Shown: piece after piece, positions 48,026 through 56,904 of the stretch
Layout of the letters: every line of letters begins with the position of its first letter
Numbering within the stretch: the first letter of the stretch is position 1
Source of the DNA: Deltaproteobacteria bacterium
GTDB taxonomy: Bacteria; Myxococcota_A; Polyangia; Fen-1088
DNA: 64,000 nucleotides
Assembly: GCA_033763315.1 (NCBI GenBank)
Contig: JANRKS010000032.1
Coordinates: 192,001-256,000 of the forward strand
Reading direction: 5' to 3'
Made by a program: the position numbers and the translations under genes
Notes under the pieces: generated by a model
What the model saw: only the letters and a program-made list of their open reading frames with translations
Databases searched by the model: none
Told to the model about the DNA's origin: nothing

Positions 48026-48808
48026 ATGGCGCTGAAACTCGATGGCAAAGTGGCAATCGTAACAGGCAGCACGCAAGGCCTTGGCGCGGCGGTGGCACGA
48101 CGATTGTTGGCGGCAGGGGCGCGCGTCGTACTGTCAGGGCGCAAGGTGGCAGACGGCGAGCGTTTGGCGGCCGAGTTGGGGCCTGCGGCTGTTTTTCATG
48201 CCACTGAGCTTTCTCACCCCGACGAATGCAGCGGCCTGGTTGCGAAGGCCATTCGTGCATTCGGTGGCGTTGACATTGTGATCAACAGCGCGGCGGTGAC
48301 ATCGCGCTCCACGCTTGAAACCTTCACAGCCCAGCAGTTCGACGAACAGTTTGCTGTTAATGTGCGCGCCCCGTTGCTGGTAGCACAGGCCGCGCTGGAA
48401 TCCCTGCGCGCGCGAACGGGGGTGATCATCAACATCGGCAGCGTAAACGGCTACGTGGGTGGCGCGAACCTGCTCTTGTACTCCGCCACCAAGGGTGCCT
48501 TGATGACGGCTTCGAAGAACTTGGCCAACGCTTTGGCACACACGCGCGTGCGTGTGTTTTGCTTGAACGTGGGCTGGATGGATACGGAGGGCGAGCGAGC
48601 CGTTTTAGCGCAGGAAGGGCTGCCAGCAGACTTCATCGAGAAGCAAGGCGCAAGCATGCCGTTGGGGAGGATCTTACGCCCCGAAGAGATTGCCGAATGG
48701 TGCCTGTTCCTGTGCGAGCCGGACCGTGCCGCGTTTAGCGGCGCTGTCATCGACTTGGAGCAGTTCCCGCTTGGCGCCTTGTCCTATCCTACGACGCCTT
48801 CGCCCTGA
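48026..48808 (+). CDS. SDR family oxidoreductase
   Basis: TGSTQGLG, INSAA, YSATK. Confidence 0.92.
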   Translation: MALKLDGKVAIVTGSTQGLGAAVARRLLAAGARVVLSGRKVADGERLAAELGPAAVFHATELSHPDECSGLVAKAIRAFGGVDIVINSAAVTSRSTLETFTAQQFDEQFAVNVRAPLLVAQAALESLRARTGVIINIGSVNGYVGGANLLLYSATKGALMTASKNLANALAHTRVRVFCLNVGWMDTEGERAVLAQEGLPADFIEKQGASMPLGRILRPEEIAEWCLFLCEPDRAAFSGAVIDLEQFPLGALSYPTTPSP

Positions 48809-48839
48809 CTTGCTGCGATCGTTCGCATACGGAGAGTCT

Positions 48840-48956
48840 ATGTCTGCAAATAGCCATCGCGGTTTGCCGCTTTTACTGATGTTCACCGCGTCCCTGACGG
48901 GCACGTTTTCTTGTATCCGAACACATGAGCTTTCCACGTTTCATCTAGAAGCATGA
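48840..48956 (+). CDS. 38-aa lipoprotein-like ORF or gene remnant
   Basis: SD GGAGAG then ATG 48840; MSANSHRGLPLLLMFTASLTGTFSC resembles a lipoprotein signal, followed by only 13 residues. Confidence 0.3.
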   Translation: MSANSHRGLPLLLMFTASLTGTFSCIRTHELSTFHLEA

Positions 48957-49003
48957 CGCGACGTCATCCCGGATCCGCTAAATCCGCAGGAAGATGGGCA
49001 TTT

Positions 49004-49041
49004 TTTGCCAACGGACCGTTGGCAAAGGTCCATGCTAAAAT
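49004..49041 (+). promoter_or_regulatory. Palindrome and extended -10 promoter of the parE TA operon
   Basis: TTTGCCAACGG-A-CCGTTGGCAAA (49004-49026); TGcTAAAAT ending at 49041, 6 nt before GTG 49048. Confidence 0.62.
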
Positions 49042-49047
49042 AACCTC

Positions 49048-49287
49048 GTGTCGCAAGCTCTAAGACTCCCGCCTATTGGTTTCACCGAACTGCCAGTGGA
49101 TGCTCAAATCGAGTACGTTCAGGCACTGTGGGACATCATTGCGGCTCATCCTGAGACGGTGCCCGTGCCGGAGTGGCATGGGAAGATTCTCGACGAACGG
49201 CTTGACGATTACGTACGCAATCCAAGCGAAGGAAAGTCGTGGGAAGCGTTCCGTGCTGACCTGGAAATCGAATCCAAGCGCCGATGA
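49048..49287 (+). CDS. Addiction-module antitoxin (TIGR02574-like)
   Basis: ELPV..QIEYVQALWD, PEWH..ILDERL, GKSWE; ATGA overlap with the toxin. Confidence 0.85.
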   Translation: MSQALRLPPIGFTELPVDAQIEYVQALWDIIAAHPETVPVPEWHGKILDERLDDYVRNPSEGKSWEAFRADLEIESKRR

Positions 49288-49595
49288 ACCAGCTGATTGT
49301 TCGCGCTGCCGCAGAACAGGACGTTCGCGCAATCCGCGAGTGGTACGAAGGCGAGGAGGAAGGGCTTGGTGCCCAGTTCCTCGCCGAGCTTGATGCGGTC
49401 GTTGATCGCCTACGTCGGATTCCGGGTCAGTTTCCCGAAGTTCGGAAGGGTTTGAGGAGAGCACTCCTTCGCCGGTTTCCGTATTGTGTTTACTTCCTGA
49501 ACCCGGATGGTTCGCTCATCGTGTTGGCAGTTCTTCATCAACATAGAAGCCCTCGCGAATGGAAGAACCGAGCAAAGAGTGACGTCGCCGGATAA
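49284..49595 (+). CDS. parE: RelE/ParE family toxin
   Basis: AAEQDV..IREWY...GLGAQF, RRALLRRFPY, VLAVLHQHR. Confidence 0.88.
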   Translation: MNQLIVRAAAEQDVRAIREWYEGEEEGLGAQFLAELDAVVDRLRRIPGQFPEVRKGLRRALLRRFPYCVYFLNPDGSLIVLAVLHQHRSPREWKNRAKSDVAG

Positions 49596-49638
49596 CCCGC
49601 TGTTGCATTCGTACGGGACGAGGGGCGCTCGTGCGGCC

Positions 49639-50691
49639 CTAAACCGCCATCAGTTTGGTCACGTCGTTCCACGCTTCGGTGGTGCCCACGTCTTCGATGA
49701 TCATCAACGCTTCGGCCACCGCCCGATCTTTGCGTGTGCCTTGCTTCACGATCGCTTTGGCAATCCCCTCAATCATGGCCAACCGCGTGGCCATCTCTTT
49801 GCGGGCCCGCGCGAAGTTGCCGTGATCGGTCCATTCGAAGCTCCAGATCACGTCTGAAACCCAATCGTTGAGCATGTCGCGCGGCTTCTGAACGTTGGGG
49901 CTGCGCGATTCGGCTTTGTCGAAAAAGCGTGACCACGGTCGAGGGCGCTTGGGAAAGCGCGTGCCGTAAACCACATTCAAGATGGCATCCGCGAACCAAG
50001 ATTTGGCGATCTCGTAGGATGATTCGTCGTCTTGTTCGTGGAATTCTTTTGCCACGTCTTTCCAGCTGCGTTTTTTCAGCTTGGGAAAGGGTTTGGCATT
50101 CAACACCGCATACGGATCTTCGCCCGCCGCCAGCGCCTGCAGCATTGGCGCTTCCACCTGCAACCATTTCGCAAAGCTGATGTGTTGGCGCGGCCCCAGG
50201 GGCACGCGGCCGAACATGCTGCGTTCAGAGCGCAGCGGCTTATTGGGCATGCGAATCTCGGCCTCAACTATCGCAGGCGTCATCTCGGGACGTTCGCCCA
50301 ACGTCCGGCATGAGCAACGGTGCGCGGTGATCACCCGGCGCCCCGCTGGGGTGGCCACCAAGCTGAACGGAAACTTGCGGCACGTGTCTGGCTTGGCATC
50401 CACGCCGAGCTTTGCGTGCACGCCGCACAGAAAATCGGGGCGCAAGAAGATGCACGAGCCATCCTCTTTGAAGCGAAACACCTTGGCGCGGATCGAGGTG
50501 TCGTAAAACACTGGATCGCGGTGCAAGCGCTTAACGGGGATCAGCTCTTGCGCAGAGACGGGCCCCAGCAAGTGAATGCTGGAGCAACACAAACCATCGG
50601 CGAAACAGCGGAAGCGTGCCCCAGGGCGAACCAACAAAGCGTGGCGTGGGTTTGGGGCGCGGCCTTCCGCCGCTTTTTCAGTTGAAAGCAC
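49639..50691 (-). CDS. YkgJ/FliB-like Cys-cluster protein
   Basis: FRCFADGLCC, CIFL...CGVH...KPDTCRKFPF. Start moved to GTG 50691 to avoid overlap with GH116; uncertain. Confidence 0.78.
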   Translation of the reverse strand: MLSTEKAAEGRAPNPRHALLVRPGARFRCFADGLCCSSIHLLGPVSAQELIPVKRLHRDPVFYDTSIRAKVFRFKEDGSCIFLRPDFLCGVHAKLGVDAKPDTCRKFPFSLVATPAGRRVITAHRCSCRTLGERPEMTPAIVEAEIRMPNKPLRSERSMFGRVPLGPRQHISFAKWLQVEAPMLQALAAGEDPYAVLNAKPFPKLKKRSWKDVAKEFHEQDDESSYEIAKSWFADAILNVVYGTRFPKRPRPWSRFFDKAESRSPNVQKPRDMLNDWVSDVIWSFEWTDHGNFARARKEMATRLAMIEGIAKAIVKQGTRKDRAVAEALMIIEDVGTTEAWNDVTKLMAV

Positions 50692-50699
50692 GCGTGGAT

Positions 50700-53282
50700 T
50701 TAAGCACGCGCCTGTAGCACCTGGCCAGCGTTGAGCACCAACGGTGTGGCAAAGGTAAGCCACACCTCTTGTTTGTTGTCGCTCACGGCGGCTTGTGCCG
50801 CCACAGGCTTGCCATCCACCCACACGGTGGTCTTCGCGCTGGGCTTGTCGATCGCAAGCTTGAGGCCCGAGATCGTCATGCTGCCGGTGGCCAGCTTCAA
50901 GCTCACCCGCTGGCCGCCCCCTGCGCCTGTGCGCTCGTAGTGGCCCGTGGCTGTGGGCACCGCGAAGAACAGCTTGAGTTGCTTCTTGGGCACGGTGGGC
51001 GCGAAACCATAGACGCCCTGATTCTGCGAGAGGCCCGCCATCGCGTTCACAGCCGCCCAAGCCGCCAAGGCGCGGTAGTAATGGCCGCCGAACTCTTGGT
51101 GATCCCAGTATCGCCCCACCTTGCGGTAGCGATCGTCCACCGTGCGCATCACGTCCACGCCTTGCTTGTAAAGGCCCTCGTACATCAAGAACGACGCAAA
51201 CGCCAACTCAACACCCGACCAGCAGGTGTTGGCTTGATCCACCCAGATGTTATCGGGCACGTCGGCCCATGGCGTGGCGCCTGGCCAGCTGCAGTTGCGC
51301 AGGCCGAACTTCGGCTTGTACGACATATCGAGCACAGACTTGAGCGCCGACGTGATGTGCTCACGTGGCACCAGATCGCCCAGACCATTAAAGCGCATCG
51401 TCCATTGACCAATCAGCTGATCGGTCAAGCAGCCCTCATCTTTGCCGCCGTGTTTGCCGCCTTCGTCGTTCCACAAACGGTAATACTTGCCGTTCCAGAG
51501 CCGCTCTTCGAAGATCGCTTTTCCCTTGTCATAAAAGCCAGCGTAGCGTTTCTGCGCGTCGGCATCGCCCAACGCCTTGGCGCCTTCGACCATGCCCGCC
51601 AAGGCCGCGAGCCATTGCGAGCCGATGTACGCAGCCACGCCGTACATAGGGAAGTTGTCGTAGCTCGACATGATGCCTTCCATGTCGGGCATCGAATCGC
51701 CATTCAGATCGCGCTCCTTTACGCAGTATTCGATCGCCTTCTTGAGTGACGGCCACATCTCCTTGAGGAAGTCTTTGTCGCCTGTCCAAAAAAAGTCACG
51801 CATCACCATGCCCACGTATTGCGCGTGCAGATCGAGGCGCCGATCCACGCCCGCCACGCCCGTGAGTCGCTTGCCGAAATCGCGCTGCAGACCATGCGCC
51901 ACTTCGCCTGAGTCTTGCTGAATCGCACGGTGGGCGCGCAACGTTTGCCTTTGCAGGCTGGGGAACATCGTGGCGATGGGCACCGAGCCATACACGCTGA
52001 CGTCGGTGGTGGCGATGGGGCCCCAGTGGTGATCCGAAGTGATGCCTTCCAAAATGCCGAAATTGCCGTCTTTGGTGCACCAGCCGCTGGTGATGAACGT
52101 GTTCAGCTGCGAATTGATCTGATCCAGAACGAACGGCTCTGCATCGCTGTCATAAAAATTTTCGATGAACGCGTTGGTGCGTTTGTGCAGATCGTCGCGG
52201 TTTGCCACCACGTGTTTGGCCACCTCTGCGGCCGATTTGAACTTGCGCGCATAGTACGCACCTTCGATGCGTGTTTTGCTCTCGTTCCACATGTTGGGAA
52301 AGTGCCACGTCATCACGAATGAATGATCGAAGCTTTGCTTCGGTTTCAAATTGGCCGATTTTGCCAAGCTGTTGAACGTGCGTGGCAAGGCCCAGCGTTT
52401 GTTCGTTTTACGGTCGCGCGTTGTGCGCTTTTCTGTTTCGTCGATGTTGCCCAAGGTTTTGCCGCGCAACACACGCTCAAAGTAAGGATGCCGGTGTTCC
52501 CAACCTAAGTAGTGACTAGAGTCGCTTGAGAGCGATGCCAATGCCAGCGTACCAGCGGATGAACGATCCGCAGGCACTTCGCGCGCGCCGGCCTCGAACA
52601 TCTTGTGGCCTTGGCCTTCACTGACATTGGCGGTATAGAATTTTTCCTTGAAGTCGTAGCCCGCGAGGTTGCGCTGGCACGCGATCAACATGACGTCCAC
52701 CGGCGTGTTCGACTTGTTCACGATCTGAAAGTCAAAGCACAAGGCGGGCAGGTTCGAGCTGTCAACGTCGTGCGGGATGAACGGGCTCCACGCCTTCATG
52801 CGCACTTCCACGGGCATCTCGGGATCGGTGAACACAAGTTCCGCGTTGGGGAAACGAGCGCTGTATTCGATCTTTTCGACCCCCGTCATCCACGGGAACT
52901 CATAAACGTGCACCTCCACCGTGCCCACCCGGTAGCCGTCTTCGATTTGCAGCAATTTGATGCGCGGCTCTTGGCCAGGGACTTCATAGCGCAGCTTGAA
53001 GAACATGAAGTCGGCTTGCTCTTCGGGCAAGGGCTCGCCTGTGCCACGGGGGGCGTTGTTAAAGGCGCTCCAGTTGTAAAACCGGCCATCCTTGCGCAAC
53101 TCGGCGCCACCAGAGCCCACGCCACCCAGTGTTACGCCGTTGCGGGCCTTATCGGCGTTGCGCATGACCTCTTTATAGGCGGGGGGCAAACGGCGGGCGG
53201 CTTCGGCTTGGCGGGTGGGAGATAACAGCAAGCTGCCAGCGGCGCCGAGGCCTGCGCCGGCGAGAAGGTCACGTCGTTTCAT
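50700..53282 (-). CDS. GH116 glycoside hydrolase with Tat signal
   Basis: MKRRDLL signal; LGGVGSG, WSPFIP, SYDN, LWNGKYY, CLTDQLIGQW, GGHYYR. Confidence 0.88.
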   Translation of the reverse strand: MKRRDLLAGAGLGAAGSLLLSPTRQAEAARRLPPAYKEVMRNADKARNGVTLGGVGSGGAELRKDGRFYNWSAFNNAPRGTGEPLPEEQADFMFFKLRYEVPGQEPRIKLLQIEDGYRVGTVEVHVYEFPWMTGVEKIEYSARFPNAELVFTDPEMPVEVRMKAWSPFIPHDVDSSNLPALCFDFQIVNKSNTPVDVMLIACQRNLAGYDFKEKFYTANVSEGQGHKMFEAGAREVPADRSSAGTLALASLSSDSSHYLGWEHRHPYFERVLRGKTLGNIDETEKRTTRDRKTNKRWALPRTFNSLAKSANLKPKQSFDHSFVMTWHFPNMWNESKTRIEGAYYARKFKSAAEVAKHVVANRDDLHKRTNAFIENFYDSDAEPFVLDQINSQLNTFITSGWCTKDGNFGILEGITSDHHWGPIATTDVSVYGSVPIATMFPSLQRQTLRAHRAIQQDSGEVAHGLQRDFGKRLTGVAGVDRRLDLHAQYVGMVMRDFFWTGDKDFLKEMWPSLKKAIEYCVKERDLNGDSMPDMEGIMSSYDNFPMYGVAAYIGSQWLAALAGMVEGAKALGDADAQKRYAGFYDKGKAIFEERLWNGKYYRLWNDEGGKHGGKDEGCLTDQLIGQWTMRFNGLGDLVPREHITSALKSVLDMSYKPKFGLRNCSWPGATPWADVPDNIWVDQANTCWSGVELAFASFLMYEGLYKQGVDVMRTVDDRYRKVGRYWDHQEFGGHYYRALAAWAAVNAMAGLSQNQGVYGFAPTVPKKQLKLFFAVPTATGHYERTGAGGGQRVSLKLATGSMTISGLKLAIDKPSAKTTVWVDGKPVAAQAAVSDNKQEVWLTFATPLVLNAGQVLQARA

Positions 53283-53381
53283 AAAGGCTCCAGAATCGGT
53301 GAGAGATCGGTGAAGGAAAAGGAAGGGGCAGGGCGCGTAACGCCCGTGCGAAGGCTGACACGCTCACCGGATTCATCAAAT

Positions 53382-53431
53382 GTGTCAAGCGCTTGCGCTG
53401 TTAGTGCTGTCACAGCATTAACGCTTGACAC
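53382..53431. promoter_or_regulatory. Nested inverted repeats, LacI-family-like operator upstream of GH116
   Basis: CAAGCGCTTG (53386-53395) overlaps a minus-strand TTGACA; GTGTCAAGCG pairs with CGCTTGACAC; GTTAGTGCTGT-C-ACAGCATTAAC. Confidence 0.45.
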
Positions 53432-53432
53432 G

Positions 53433-54251
53433 CTAGTGACGAAAAAACGTAGGCACCATCAGTAGGATCTCGAACAAAATCAGCAAGACCACGGTGGTTT
53501 CCAGCAGCACGAGGCGGCGATCGCGGACCACATCCAAGATCAGCTCCAAGGCCTCCTGCATGCCCCGCAGCTTCGTTTCCAGGCTATCGAACCGATCGGC
53601 CAGCTCGAACTCGGCGCGCAAATCGCTGTAGATCCGATCCATGCCCGGGTCGTCCCACGTGGCATCGGGCTTGTCCAAAAGGTGCAAAACCGAAAGCACC
53701 TCGTTGCGCGTGCTGATCGCCTCACCGATGAACCTATGCAGCGACCGGATGCGCATCGGCGCCGAACCCGTTTTGCGTAGATGCTCGATGAGCTTGGCCG
53801 TTTCCTCGGAAAGCTTTTGGATGATGGCTTCGTAGTATTCCATCGCCGCGCTTTGCGCCAAGGTCAGCGCGATCACGCCGGCGCGGTTGGGCGTGAGGCT
53901 GTCGAGCACGAGCTTGCCGCCTTCCATGCTGACCTGCGCCCCCGGCGTTTCCGCCACCTCGAAGCGCTCTTCGGAGATCACTGGCACCTTCGCGCTGCCC
54001 TCAAGATGGGGGCGGACCCGATCGATGATGGCCGCGTGCTCTTCGGTGGCAACGTTGTGGAACACCAGCACGCCGAACGAGAACGCATAAACGGTGCCAC
54101 TGCCCGCGGGGAAAACGGCCACGCCGGCGGTGCGCTGCGCGGTTTGCAGAGACGCCGCCAGCGAACGCATGCGAAAATTCTCGGCAAACGCCACGGCACC
54201 GAACATGTGCCGCTGCGCAAGGGTTGTGGGAAGCGCCGTCACTGACGTCAT
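53433..54251 (-). CDS. RMD1/YagE (DUF155) family protein
   Basis: FSFGVLVFHN, LAQSAAMEYYE, LLDKPD..W, EFEL.DRF, C-terminal TM. Confidence 0.88.
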   Translation of the reverse strand: MTSVTALPTTLAQRHMFGAVAFAENFRMRSLAASLQTAQRTAGVAVFPAGSGTVYAFSFGVLVFHNVATEEHAAIIDRVRPHLEGSAKVPVISEERFEVAETPGAQVSMEGGKLVLDSLTPNRAGVIALTLAQSAAMEYYEAIIQKLSEETAKLIEHLRKTGSAPMRIRSLHRFIGEAISTRNEVLSVLHLLDKPDATWDDPGMDRIYSDLRAEFELADRFDSLETKLRGMQEALELILDVVRDRRLVLLETTVVLLILFEILLMVPTFFRH

Positions 54252-54307
54252 ACGTTTAGTTTACGAGGTGCGGCTGGCGCATGCGAAAGCGGTGCTAAGG
54301 TTGCAAT

Positions 54308-55708
54308 ATGAAACTGGAATTTCATGGCGCAGCGGGAGAGGTGACCGGCTCGTTGCATCGCTTGGTGGTGGGTGACACCAGCATAGGCATCGATTGTGGC
54401 TTGGTTCAGGGCCGTCGCGCCGAGAGCAACGCCCGCAACCGCAGGCTGCCTGCTTGGGCCAACACCGCCCACGCCTGGCTGCTGAGCCACGCGCATCTGG
54501 ACCACAGCGGCAACCTGCCCACGCTGGTGAAACAAGGCTTCACCGGAAACATCTATGCCACGCCCGCCACGCGCGATTTGTGCGGCGTCATGCTGCGCGA
54601 TTCAGCGATGGTGCAAGAACAAGACGCGCGGTATTTGAACCGTAAGGCCGAACGCGAAGGCACCGATCAACACGTGACGCCGCTTTACAATGTGGCCGAC
54701 GCAGATCGCGCCATCAACCAGATGATCGCGTTGCCCTTGCGCCGCACGTTGACCGTGGCGCCGGGGGTGTCGCTGACGTTCTTCGAGGCAGGGCACGTGT
54801 TGGGCTCAGCGCTTGTGTGTTTGGATGTGGAGGAAGCTGGCCGCCGGCGACGGCTGCTGTTTACGGGCGACTTGGGCCGCGAGGAGTTGCCGTTGTTGAA
54901 CCCGCCAGAACACGTGCCGGGCGTGAATGTGCTGCTGACCGAAAGCACTTATGGCGATCGGCTGCACGGACCTCTGTCCGCACTCGACGACACGTTGGCC
55001 CAAGTTGTGACCCGCACGGTGAAACGCGGCGGGCGCGTGTTCATTCCTGCGTTTGCGCTCGAGCGCGCGCAGGAGGTTCTGTTTGCGCTGTCGCGCTTGC
55101 TTGCTGCCAAGCAGATGCCTGCTGTACCCATTTATATCGACAGCCCGTTGGCGATTGCGATCACCGAAATTTACAAGCTTCATCCCGAGAGTTTGGATCC
55201 GGCTTTGCGGCAAAGGCTCAGTGGCGACGACGATCCGTTTGCGCCGCCGGGGCTACACTATGTGAGCACCGCTGACCAATCGCGTGCCCTTCAAAGCAGT
55301 GGCAAGCCATGCATCATCATTGCCGGGTCCGGTATGTGCGAAGGCGGTCGCATTTTGCACCACTTAAACCATGGGCTCGGCGACGCACGGAATACAGTGG
55401 CCATCGTGGGATTTCAAGCGCAACACACGTTGGGTCGTCGCTTGGCCGAACGCCGGAGCACCGTGCGCGTGTTCGGTATGGAGCGCGACGTGCGCGCTGA
55501 AGTGGTGTTGCTCGATGGGCTCTCGGCGCATGCCGATCAAGCGGGCTTGGTTGCTTTCGCGCAAGCCTGCCGCCAGGCGGGCGAGCTTTCGCAGGTGGCC
55601 CTGGTGCATGGTGAGCCCGAGGCCGCGCAAGGTTTGTCGCAAGCCTTGCAAGCCCAAGGCTTCGGCAACGTTGTCGTGGCGTCGCCGGGTGCGGGGATCG
55701 AGCTTTGA
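54308..55708 (+). CDS. MBL-fold beta-CASP RNA-metabolising hydrolase
   Basis: GAAGEVTGS, SHAHLDHSG, AGHVLGS, ESTYG, GSGMCEGGR, SAHAD, LVHGE. Confidence 0.93.
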   Translation: MKLEFHGAAGEVTGSLHRLVVGDTSIGIDCGLVQGRRAESNARNRRLPAWANTAHAWLLSHAHLDHSGNLPTLVKQGFTGNIYATPATRDLCGVMLRDSAMVQEQDARYLNRKAEREGTDQHVTPLYNVADADRAINQMIALPLRRTLTVAPGVSLTFFEAGHVLGSALVCLDVEEAGRRRRLLFTGDLGREELPLLNPPEHVPGVNVLLTESTYGDRLHGPLSALDDTLAQVVTRTVKRGGRVFIPAFALERAQEVLFALSRLLAAKQMPAVPIYIDSPLAIAITEIYKLHPESLDPALRQRLSGDDDPFAPPGLHYVSTADQSRALQSSGKPCIIIAGSGMCEGGRILHHLNHGLGDARNTVAIVGFQAQHTLGRRLAERRSTVRVFGMERDVRAEVVLLDGLSAHADQAGLVAFAQACRQAGELSQVALVHGEPEAAQGLSQALQAQGFGNVVVASPGAGIEL

Positions 55709-55711
55709 CGC

Positions 55712-56836
55712 TTATTCCTTGAGCGTAAGGACGGTGGGCGTGCGGCCCGATTGTTGGGCGTACGCCTTGGCAATGTGATCGCCTGCGGCTTTGGCTTTGT
55801 CCACGTCGGCCAAGATCACCACGGAGCCACCGAAGCCGCCGCCCGTGAGCCGGGCGCCATACACGCCTGGCGTCGTTCGGGCGATCTCCACAATCAAATC
55901 GATCTCTTTGACGGACACCTCGAAATCGTCGCGCAACGACGCGTGCCCCTCATAAAGCAGCCGACCCAACGCGGGCAGATCACCTGCACGCAGAAGTTTG
56001 GCGAACTCTTGCACGCGCGCGTTCTCTTTGACCACGTGCCGGGCGCGCCTGCACTGCTCGGGGGGCAGCTGTTCGATGCGTGGCAGATCTGCGAGGGTAA
56101 AATCGCGCAACACGCGCACGCCCAAAGTCATGGCGGCGGCTTCACATTCGGCGCGGCGGGTGCGGTATTCGCCGCCGGCGTGGCTGTGCGTGACGCCCGA
56201 GTTCAACACCACCCAATCGGCGGCCGCAGGCAAAGGAACCCGCTCGTACTGCAACGTGCGTGTGTCTAACAGCAGGGCGTGTTCCGTGTCAGCCAAGCTG
56301 GCCGCCATTTGATCCATGACGCCGATGGGCGCACCCACGAAGTCCGTTTCAGATTTTTGACCGAGCAGCGCCAACTTCACATCATCGAGCGTGAGCCCAA
56401 ACGCTTCGCGAATGGCACGCAACACGGCCACCTCGAACGACGCGCTTGACGACAAGCCGGCACCGAGCGGCACGGTGGAAGTCATACGCAAATCAAAGCC
56501 GTTGTGTTGATAGCCTGCGCGTGCCAGCGCGACCGTGCAGCCCTTGAGGTAATCCACCCAGCTGTCGTCTTTGGTTTCCTGCCCCAGCTCAAATTGCACG
56601 GGTGTGGCAGCTCCGGCATTCTCACTGATGGCGCGCACAAGTTTGTCTTGGCGGGGTGAAAGCTCGACCGTTGTAAATCGTGGGATCGCCGTTGGGAACA
56701 CAAAGCCTTCGCTGTAGTCGGTGTGCTCGCCGATGAGGTTCACGCGGCCAGGTGCACGCGTGGTGACCGCTGGGGCCGCACCAAACAACGCGGCGAACGA
56801 AGGAAGGCTCTGTGGACCGTGCGAATCGTGGCTCAT
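55712..56836 (-). CDS. galK: Galactokinase
   Basis: GRVNLIGEHTDY, PLGAGLSSSA, GVMDQ, GARLTGGGFGG. Confidence 0.96.
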   Translation of the reverse strand: MSHDSHGPQSLPSFAALFGAAPAVTTRAPGRVNLIGEHTDYSEGFVFPTAIPRFTTVELSPRQDKLVRAISENAGAATPVQFELGQETKDDSWVDYLKGCTVALARAGYQHNGFDLRMTSTVPLGAGLSSSASFEVAVLRAIREAFGLTLDDVKLALLGQKSETDFVGAPIGVMDQMAASLADTEHALLLDTRTLQYERVPLPAAADWVVLNSGVTHSHAGGEYRTRRAECEAAAMTLGVRVLRDFTLADLPRIEQLPPEQCRRARHVVKENARVQEFAKLLRAGDLPALGRLLYEGHASLRDDFEVSVKEIDLIVEIARTTPGVYGARLTGGGFGGSVVILADVDKAKAAGDHIAKAYAQQSGRTPTVLTLKE

Positions 56837-56904
56837 GCAACGTGACGACTACCACGCTTTTTGTAGGCCCACCACTGGGCAGGGAACGCGGCGAACGTGT
56901 GACG

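Noticed and set aside
49019-49036. Possible sigma54 promoter TGGCAAAGGTCCATGC
   Set aside because: The GG to GC spacing is 11 rather than 10, and an extended -10 explains the site better.
50692-51060. N-terminal extension of the YkgJ-like ORF
   Set aside because: It overlaps the GH116 3' end and has no family features.
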